The position numbers were made by a program, and so were the translations under genes. This document shows, piece after piece, positions 54,650-64,000 of a DNA stretch of 64,000 bases. Under the pieces are notes generated by a model. The model was given only the letters and a program-made list of their open reading frames with translations, was not told the origin of the DNA and ran no database searches. This stretch comes from Epiperipatus broadwayi (taxonomy: Eukaryota; Animalia; Onychophora): contig JAQFVV010000004.1 in assembly GCA_028023455.1 (NCBI GenBank), forward strand, positions 1,612,001 through 1,676,000, given 5' to 3'. Position 1 is the stretch's first letter. Each line of letters begins with the position of its first letter.

Positions 54650-55200
54650 AAATGGACAGCCATGTCAGATTATTGACTTTTCTGAAATCATTGATATATC
54701 AAAACAACCCAGATTCATTGCAATATAAATATTTACTCAACAATATTTTTTATTTCAATAAAACAGACTTCTCATTCTACACAAATACAACATCTCTAGA
54801 TGTTTTTAAATTTATACCAACTTCAGAATCTATATAACCACCCTCTACTTGTACTTAACCATTTTCTTCATACAGACTTTCAGCTTTCTGGTGCAATACT
54901 GTAAAATCTGCAGAAATGTTTACCACTTCATATCTTCTATTCCTAAATTTAATTCTTTAACAAAAAGTTACGTTTCAAAAAAGATCACAACTTTAGCCAT
55001 TTCTGAATTGGAAATATGCTTTTCACTTTTCATTATTTCTCTAATAGAATACTCATTTTTTTTTTTTTGGAATACAAAATCTTTACAACATGACATTTTT
55101 TCGTTAACTACTAAATCAATTTTCATTTTAAGACTGGAAGTACTTCATAAATTTGGTATAACTTCCAGCATTACATTTAAAAATTTTTTTATTAAACAAA
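54650..55200 (-). mobile_element. Possible Ty1/copia integrase-region fragment
   Basis: Minus strand GYIDSEVGINLKTSRDVVF (~54790-54845; copia SRDV.F.E motif). Otherwise heavily decayed. Confidence 0.35.
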
Positions 55201-55599
55201 CTATTGTATTCTTTTAAATACATGTATTTTCAAATTATTTTAATATGGAGAAAACATGTTTAATAAATGAACTAAGTCTAAAACTATAACATTTGAGATC
55301 ATTAGATTTAGTGAGTGCTCCAAAATGAAAATAATGACTGCTGTCATAACATAAGTACTATCATATAGGCTTGTAGTATTTTTACATTGTTGAATTTCAA
55401 TGTTTTATTTATGTACTTATTATTATTTTGTGTTTCTTTATATATATATTTAAAAAAAAAAAAAACAGTACTATTTTTGATTATAAATTCTAATAGTACC
55501 CTCAAATTTCATATTGTATTTTCAAAAGGCAGTTGATATCTATTTTGTTCACTTTTGATATTCTAATTTTATATTTAAGTTGCAAATCCAATTCAATAC

Positions 55600-56573
55600 T
55601 TCAAGTAAATCAAGATGGCAGAACATATTTTTGATAAATGTACAGTTTCGAGGGTCTATAATCTATCGAAGATGTGTTAGTTGTTAAATTAAAACAAAAT
55701 TAATAAACTGACTGTTAAATTTAAAAAAAGGAATAAATTCCGATATATTTCATTAAGAAGTGTTGTTACAAATTTTTTTTTTTTACTTATAATATGGGAA
55801 ATGGTAAGCTCTTTAACATTGTTATACTTTGGTTCAATTCAGTGTGTTTCTTTTTATCAGCAGTTTTTTTGATAAATTGTCATAATGATAAAAATTTGGC
55901 ATCTTCCTGCCACAGAATGTGATGCAGTGGACTATTTCCAAAAATATGGATTCCTAACCTACCAAAAAGTATGCACACGATATGATTGCAAGTCACTGAT
56001 ATGAATAAATTCAATTTATCCAAATCAATTTGAACACTTTTTAACAAAAACCTTTTATTGTACATATACACACATACACTTATGTTTTGAATATCTTGCA
56101 GTCTTCTTCAAAGCCAGTTTTAAAAAGGTTAAAGTAAACTGACTCTGAAGAAGACTGCAGGACAATCAAAATGTATGTGTATATACAATAAAAAGTTTTT
56201 TTCTAAAAAGTGTTCAAAGTGATTTGGATAAATTGGATTTATATAAGATATTATAGCAAAAATAAAGAAAAAGGTGGTTTTGGTGATATGAATAAAGTGT
56301 AAATATTGTATTTATACTTTTTTTTTCATTTTTCTATTAATAAGTTAATCCCCCAAAAAATAAATAAATAAACTGCAAATATTGTAATTAATTTTTCCAC
56401 AATGATTTTTAAAAAAAAAAGAAAAAAAACAGTAATAAAAAATAAAATATAAATACTAAATGTGACGTTTCCTAGCAGGCATTTTTTGCAAACATTTTGG
56501 GGGGCTCCCTGAAACTAGATTTATCAAAAATTCAGGCTGCCATCTTGGTTTACTTGAAAACTCACAAGTACCC
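55600..56573 (+). mobile_element. Non-autonomous Merlin-like element, copy C, with a nested PLE-derived inverted repeat
   Basis: Left end TCAAGTAAATCAAGATGGCAG..TTTTTGATAAAT; right TIR GCTGCCATCTTGGTTTACTTGAAAACTCACAAGTACC. Remnant HLPATECDAVDYFQKYGFLTYQKVC. Confidence 0.75.
56002..56245. repeat. Inverted duplication of a PLE-type terminus, each arm carrying a decayed hammerhead core
   Basis: Arms ~56002-56120 and ~56137-56245. Right arm CTGAAGAAGACTGCAGGACAATCAAAATGTA; left arm (minus) TTGAAGAAGACTGCAAGATATTCAAAACATAAGT. Confidence 0.7.
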
Positions 56574-56765
56574 TCACTTTTTTTTTTTTTTTTTAAGATT
56601 AGAAAATACAATGCAACTATTGAAAATATACTAAAATAATTGACTGTCTAATATACTAATATTAAAATCACCAACACATTTTTTTAAAACTTTTTGTAAG
56701 GATTTTAGTTTGTGATTTACCATTATATGAAATTTCTATTTTATAATGCAGTATTCTATACTTAC

Positions 56766-56792
56766 TCAATCATGATTGTAGAACATTGGGTT
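56766..56792 (-). other. Candidate 27-nt upstream micro-exon (possibly of the Dok gene)
   Basis: Acceptor TTTCTCTTTCATGTTTTCATAG and donor GTAAGTA flank AACCCAATGTTCTACAATCATGATTGA. Splice signals only. Confidence 0.3.
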
Positions 56793-57686
56793 CTATGAAA
56801 ACATGAAAGAGAAATCCAGTATATTAATACAGCTACTATCATCTAATACAAGTTTTTTAAATGCTTATTTTTAACTGATATGAGCAAAGAATTATTTTAT
56901 ATCTCTAAAATCAAATTATTTTTAATAAGGCCAATAAATTAAAAACACAGTTCTGCAAAAGAAACTCATAATGCAAGGATAGCTATTAAGTCTTATGACT
57001 TGAATTTGAATCAGGGCCAGATGATCCACAGCCAATCCAGCTAACTATCCAATGCAGTTTAGAAAATATTCAAACTATCACCATTCAACAATTGGAAAGC
57101 CTGATAAACAATGTTTTTCCACCATTATTTATCTATCAGGGTTTGTTGAGAAAGTCTTTGCTATACAGTAAGCTATTTGAAAGATGTTTCTACTCACCTT
57201 CATTTCTTGTTGCTATAAAGCAGTCTGTTGTTCAATGTAGCAATGAACTAAATACAGGATGATGTTATTTTTAAATTGAACAAATATTTTAAAGTTGTTT
57301 TTAAATAAAAGTAATTTATTAAAATATTTTTTATGTATTAAAAAAATATTAAAGATATAGAATTCTATTCTTATCACGAATTTTATTTTCCCAAGCTGAT
57401 ATTCCTTACTTTAACCTTTTCTTTAGTTGACTTTTAGGCATCTTTTATCTTTAAAGTCTAGTTGTAGTAATAATATTTATTAGTGATTCATTAGACTGGA
57501 GATTATCCACTTAATGAATTATATTTCTATAGCGTACATTTTACTATACCACTCTCACACAAGATAGCTTTAAAAGATATTAAAACTTATCACAATAGTC
57601 ATATAAAATCTACTATTAATAAATTACTTTATAATAGTAATTAGTAAACAGGAATATTAATTTATTTATTGAAATAAATATTAAAA

Positions 57687-58266
57687 AATATATACAATCC
57701 ACACACAAACCTCTTTATAAATCTCGATTTATTATAATGTGAATTATTATAATATACAATAATATATTTCAATGTTTTGACTATATTATTTTATAATTTT
57801 TATCAAGGAACACATAAAAAACAATAAATACAAATATTCCATAATACATATAACAAAATACAAATACCTCTTATCTTAAACCTCTTCTAACAAACAATCT
57901 TAACTTTTCATTACATTCATTTCTTAAATATTTTTCTTAAAAAAAATTCCTATAATTATTTAATTAAATCAACATATTTTACTTTTTTTTTGCAATTAAC
58001 ATCCTATTCATTATGAAATGAAAAGTTAAGATTGTTTGTTAGATTATGTAATGAAAAGTTAAGACTGTTTGTTAGAAGAGGTTTAAGGTAAGAGGTATTT
58101 GTTATGCATTATGGAATATTTGTATTTATTGTTTTTTAGTTGTTCTTTGATAAAGACTATAAAATAATATAGTTGAAATGTTGGAGTATATTATTGTACA
58201 TTATAATATTTCATATTATAATAAATCAAGACTTATAGGGAAGTTTGTGCATAGATTGTATGTATT
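57687..58266. repeat. Diverged ~230-bp inverted repeat (foldback/MITE-like)
   Basis: Left arm ~57687-57914 matches the reverse complement of ~58048-58266, e.g. AAATACCTCTTATCTTAAACCTCTTCTAACAAACAATCTTAACTTTTCATTAC vs GTAATGAAAAGTTAAGACTGTTTGTTAGAAGAGGTTTAAGGTAAGAGGTATTT. Confidence 0.8.
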
Positions 58267-59480
58267 TTGAAATTAATGAACTATTTTTAAAATAGAAGTC
58301 TGTTTGTTATTTTTTAATTTATTTGAAATAAATATTATTTAATTAATATGATAAATTGGATGGTTATAAGTTGTTTTCTCTAATTAGGAGATTGAATTTT
58401 TTTAAATAAATGAAAATTTAGAGATTTCATTCAATTTTAATTATTTTAGAATTGACAAAAGCTATAAGAATAAAATCTGCTTACAAATAACAGTTTACTC
58501 ATTTATGAATACAATTAAAATATAATAAAACATTACATTCTGGGTGTTCAAAAAAATGTTAATCAATTTATTTATTACAAAATAAAATTATTATTATTAT
58601 TATTGAGTCATTTTAAAAATTTATCATATTGACAAATGGACATATACTTGAATAAGCTTTTTTCAAATGCTTGAGTTATTCATTTTATAAACTTTACTTG
58701 ATATCCACAATTCAAACATTTAATTAAAAAACTACGAGTTGTCTTAGTTGGTCGAATCTACACACACACAAAAAAAAAAAATTATGGAGGGCTAAAGGTA
58801 ACATTCTGATTTATTTATTCTAATATAAATAAAATTAAGAATTATAAATTAAATTGTCTTTTTGAGGGAAAAGATAAGTTATTAATCTGTTATTATAAAT
58901 GAGTGATTCATTATATATGAATAAATTCTGACAAAATGCAAATAAATTAATAATAAAGAGGATTTCCAAATGATATATATTTCAAACAAAAAAGGAGATA
59001 TAACAATTAGAAATATTAAACTTTGTGATTTAGTGTTTATTATTATTTGTTATTTATATAAATAACCTTTAGCTTTCTGATATCAAGATGATATTATTTT
59101 CTATATTTTATCATCTATATTTATAACTATTTGCTAATTATAAACCAAAATTAATCTTTTAAAGATAGTCAGTTATAAATTAACTCTAAGAGGCTTCTGG
59201 AAAAAATAGTACTAAGAGAAAAGTATCTGGTAGTTTGCAGCCAACATTTTAATTAATATAATAAATTTTTACAGTTTTATTGTATCTCTTTTAAGATTTT
59301 TATGTGTACTTAAAGCTCAATGGAATATACAATTAGTACAACTTTTGTCTTTAACCAAAGGACATTATTTTAAAATTTGCACTTTTCAAATACACATAAA
59401 TAATTCAGAAAATATGATGAATTTAAATTTCAAATAATAATAAGACAAATTTAAATGCCAACTAATATTATGACCTAAGT

Positions 59481-59847
59481 CAGGGGTCTCCAACCTTTTT
59501 GCACTTAAGAGCACATTCTTTAATACCGGCCAGGTGGTGGGCACCATTTATTTTTTTAATGTAAATTTATAGTTGGATATTGTTAATAATACACATAATG
59601 TACAAAAAAATATTTATTTCAAAAATAAAATTTTAACATCTAATTAACGTTTATATTTTTACATTGTAAAAGTATAGTATGCCCTACAATTTAATTACAA
59701 TATAATACAATAATTTATAAGAAATTAAAAAAATTAAATTTATTTGTATCAGATAAATAATTTTTTATCCTGTTCGGATAGCGACGGGCACACGTAAAAT
59801 GATCTGTGGGACCATGGTGCCCGCGGGCATAGGGTTGGGGATCCCTG
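59481..59847. mobile_element. hAT (Charlie-type) MITE, copy 2
   Basis: TIRs CAGGGGTCTCCAACC / GGTTGGGGATCCCTG. Perfect 8-bp TSD ACCTAAGT (59473-59480, 59848-59855). Confidence 0.93.
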
Positions 59848-60399
59848 ACCTAAGTTATAATAATATTCTAAACTAATACTAATACTACCAATAGTCATTA
59901 TGTCCATCTGATTCATAAATGCAATTTAATAGCCACTGGGAATAAACATAAACATAAAAACTGTGAACCATAACAATTAACGACTGTCAATCTAGCAAAG
60001 CTGCAGTGGCAGAATTGAAGGACTTAATAAAGTTATTAGATAATCTATCTCCTGATTAGAATCTCTCCAGGTTCTTTTATGATATTTGTTAATAGATAAA
60101 TTATCTAATAAAAAAATCAATTCATTTCATAAATAAATAATAATAGTAAAATACTATCTTATTCAAGGAAATTCTGGTCTAATCATGTAGGTTTCAAATA
60201 AGAAAATAATATTTAGCATATATCTTACAATTGTAAAGAAATATTTTATCTTATAAAAACTATTCCTTTACCAATAAATAAAAATGAAATCAATAGTGAT
60301 ATCTTTAATTTACAATATTTCTGAGTTATTTTAAACCCAAAGAAAATAATGTTGAATTTTTTATTTATAAAAACAATCAACTTTCAAAAAGGTCAAATA

Positions 60400-61242
60400 C
60401 CATATTACTTTGAATATAAGCCATCCCGAATTTAAGCCGTAATAGGATTTTAAGCATGGAAAATTGGGGAAAAAAATCTAAAAATGAATTTATAATTGGT
60501 ATGGTATGGAAAAATAAGTACATTTTTATTTATATCTTTTATTAAGTTGATTTCATTGTGCTGAAAACTAAGAAGCATATTCTCATAATCTGTAGGCAAC
60601 TTTTGAGTTACTATAGTTCTTCTTCATAATGTGAATCCTTCTTGTTTCATAAACTCTTAGCACCATCCATGACTTGCTTTAAACATTATGCCACTATTTT
60701 TAGCACATTCTTTGGCTTTAATCATGACTATCTCTCTTATCACTGATAAACTCTTACCATGCAATTCCTTTATATAAAATATTAGCAACAATTGCAGTAT
60801 ACCTTCCTTTTTTAGGTCCTAAGAAGGATTTTCTGTTTTTTACATTAAAAGAACATTTCCTTCATGGCTCTCCAATGATGAACATAATTTTCATCAATTG
60901 TAAATCTTTTACAGGCTGCATGATTTCCTTCAGCACACAATATAACTTTTCTTTTGAATTCTTAATCATATGTAGATTATTTTTTCATTTTTTTTTAGTA
61001 AGTATAGGTAATAAAAAAACTCAAAATTAAAATACATCCAGATACCATGTGGTTCATTCTATATAGCTGCTATCAATGAACATAATACTATGCATATGCA
61101 TAAAGTAAAGATACAGTTGTTGGGGAATGCGAGATTTGCAGAAATAAGATGTTAAAATGTTTGCTTCGAATTTAAGACACACACCCCTTTTACAATGCCA
61201 AAATTTGAATAAAAAGTGTGACTTATATTTGAAGTAGTAAAG
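60400..61242 (-). mobile_element. Internally deleted pogo-type (Tc1/mariner superfamily) transposon
   Basis: TA-flanked imperfect TIRs CCATATTACTTTGAATATAAG / CTTATATTTGAAGTAGTAAAG. Minus strand FKASHGWC*EFMKQEGFTL*RRTIVTQK (CENPB-type HTH region of pogo transposases). Confidence 0.82.
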
Positions 61243-61479
61243 TAATGTTTTTATTATACTATTTAAAATACCAGTAATTCTGAACAGATATATTCTAAAT
61301 TTGAAATATACACAATACTTCTATTATCCAAGATAAAACAAAAATCATTGCTTATCATTTGGTATTAGCAGATTCTATCATCCTTTCCATATCATATCAA
61401 CTAGCACTCAAACGTATATATATATAAAAGAAAAAAATTGATAATACAAAAAAAAATTCACATTCATTTCTTTATTTTA

Positions 61480-63560
61480 CAAGTTGCTGTCACCTATAGA
61501 TCTTCAACAAGTTGAAATACATATCAACACTCTAAAAAGATCTCAATCAAAATTATAATGAATAAAATAATACATCTAATCAAATCAATAAGAAATAGGT
61601 CTGATGACTTTCAAAGGTTTAAATGATGACCTATTCCATCCTATCAAATGTAACGTTAAAGTCATTTTCTTCTCAAGCTAAATACATTATAGCATAAGAT
61701 ATTTGTCAAAACATATCATTTGTCTTCTCAATCTTTATGTTGATTGGAGATATTGACAAAATTGATGGTCAGAGTACTTTTTCAGGGCTCAATATGGTCA
61801 CATATTTAAAAGATCAGATGATTTAGAAATAAGATCCAATATCAAAACATAGAAATCTTTGAATTTCATGTATTTACCTCAGTGAAAATGTAATACCAAG
61901 GAAGAGAAAAACCTTTCCCAAAACTCACAGTATTCAAAATAAGTAAATATGTAAGCAAGAAACTAGTAGCCTATTGGCATAACTTTCTTATTATAAAATA
62001 TTGCTGAATATGCTGACAAACTCAAATGGAGAAAAAAATAATAATCATTATAGAATATAATGTTCCTGCTAATTCTTAAAAAAATATTTCTGTCACTTGG
62101 GTTACTAAAGAAATCTGGCATTTAATCAGTCAGCAACAGAAATCTATTATATTCATATTCCACAGCAAAAACAAAATGAGTTTCAGCAGTATTTGTCTTG
62201 GTCACATAGTACTTAGTTCTATTATTGGTAACTGTTTAAAGTGACCAAGTTTGACCATTTTTTAATCTCTAAATGGGACAAATAATTCTACTATCAAAAA
62301 GTGGGCTAGTATTAGGTTTGTGCCATTAACGTTATTAGCTAACAATGATAATCTTTCTACCATCATTACTGGATAAATGCATTCTTGAAGATCTTGAGAC
62401 TTGTTATTTACCTTTAACTATTTCAAGATTTACGATCTATTATTTAAAATAGAACAGGTTATATTGTTATAGATGAGTTATTAATTAACTAGTAGAGTGA
62501 TGCATGCTGATAAACAAATTGCCAGTATGGTTATAATGAATAATCAAAGATTGTTCAAGTTATGATGACTCTTTAATACTGTTTCTGCTATTTCATATAG
62601 CTTTCTTCTCTGATGTGACAATGTTATTCAATATGTCAAATTTGAACAAGCTTCAAGTAATCATACTTCAGTACACATAAGCAGTCCAATAGATAGTAAA
62701 TTATTATTACGATGGATAAACTAAAGGCATTCTTGATGTTAAATGGATTACCAGCAAGTTAAAAAAAAAAAATCACATCATAACATTATCTTAGGATTCT
62801 GTAATGACGTCTATATCTTAATGTGAATCAAAATTAAATAAATTTCTTAAAACATTATTTATTAACATTATGAAAAAAATGATAATTATTTCAATCAAAT
62901 AACAGTCTAGCATCTTAAAAAAGTTTTATTCTCTTTCAACATAAACACAATTGCAATCTCTTTGATTTATACCTCGAGCAACAATATGAATACAATTGTA
63001 ATCTCTTTTACTTATATCTTGAGTATTTACTGTACACTTGTAAATACAAAAGCAAAAGATCCATTCTCCAAACTCTATAGCAATGGACTTCTACACATAA
63101 ATCTCAACGACAGAATGGTTTTTTCAATGCAAATAATTGGACTTTTTTTTTTATTCAGCAAACAGAATCAAAGTTGAAATAAATAAATCATTGGCTGTTT
63201 TCGGACAATTTTTGAAAATAATCAATTCATACATCCAATAACTGCTCACCAAGTACAACTTTATATTAATAATAATAAAAAATTAACAGATCAAATATCT
63301 AACTTGAACACATAATTTTTTTCCACTATAAATTCAAAATTGTTAGTTTATTTTGTTTTCAGATAAGTTCAAAAAGTACTCACAATAACATGCAATAGTC
63401 TAGCACATGAGCAACTTTCCAATCAATTAATCAAGCTTCATCTTGAACACATCCAGTAAATTCTTACCACTAAGTCTTACCAACAAGCATCTGATTAATT
63501 TGAAACTTCCAAGCCTTTTCAGCCAAGCAGCAATGCCAACATATTAAGAATTAGGAAATT
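61480..63560 (-). mobile_element. Decayed Penelope-like element (RT, possibly GIY-YIG)
   Basis: Minus strand NPFNIKNAFSL (~62716-62750) and WHKPNTS (~62305-62327; PLE WY.KP motif). A possible decayed hammerhead core TTGAAGATCTATAGGTGACAG followed by AATAAA lies at the 3' end (~61475-61507). Confidence 0.5.
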
Positions 63561-64000
63561 AATACTGATGTTTACATTTTTCAGTCTATATCTTTCTCTA
63601 TTTACAATATGAATATAAATTATATTAACTAACTAATTCCTCATAAAAAGAATTTCTAATATTTTAAATATTATAATAATATTTTAATCCATATGTAGAT
63701 TCTATCATACTCTATCATACTGAAAAAAAATTTAATGCAAAAACTGATACCGTTATCAATAAGTCAAAATCACTATATAAAAACAACTCAATACATAATT
63801 GGGGGTAAAAAATGAGAAAAAGTAAAATTTACAGTCAAAAAATAAATAAAACAATTATGATTTTCTGAGTATGTTAATTATTAGAATTAAATACCAAAGT
63901 TATAAGATTGTATCTTTCTCTCAATATCAATATAATCTTTGACACTAAAAAAACCATCTAATCCTGAGATGAAATCAATGACTTAAGATTGATTACAATG

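Noticed and set aside
61594-61637. AATAGGT-CTGATGA...ACCTATT hammerhead-like stem I plus core
   Set aside because: No GAAA or NUH at the right positions, and it is antisense to the PLE coding strand.
865-63177. Most 60-120 aa ORFs in the supplied track (e.g. 9394, 29222, 45212, 46535, 54849)
   Set aside because: Low-complexity F/I/L/K/N-rich translations of AT-rich DNA or antisense frames of LINE relics. No splice or homology support.

Overview
AT-rich eukaryotic (invertebrate-like, probably metazoan) genomic DNA with long introns and dense, mostly decayed transposon relics; no prokaryotic features and no CRISPR array. Two host genes converge. The last two coding exons of an unidentified + strand gene lie at 1648-1769 and 13641-13689. 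A large terminal exon of a - strand Dok-family docking protein (IRS-type PTB domain plus tyrosine-rich tail) lies at 41920-42968. Transposon relics include Penelope-like elements (PLEs), RTE and Ingi/Vingi LINEs, a copia fragment, piggyBac, hAT (one transposase relic, two MITE copies with perfect 8-bp TSDs), pogo, four Merlin/IS1595-like derivatives and a very short tRNA-Gly-derived retroposon family with TSDs. The top finding is an apparently intact type I hammerhead ribozyme (401-489, predicted cleavage after C462). All core nucleotides are present, stem III is a palindrome, and it lies in sense orientation upstream of exon 1648, presumably intronic, overlapping a possible poison exon. Decayed PLE-type hammerheads also occur at ~44.9-45.1 kb and ~56.0-56.2 kb. 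All translations and pairings were done by eye, and boundaries of decayed elements are approximate.
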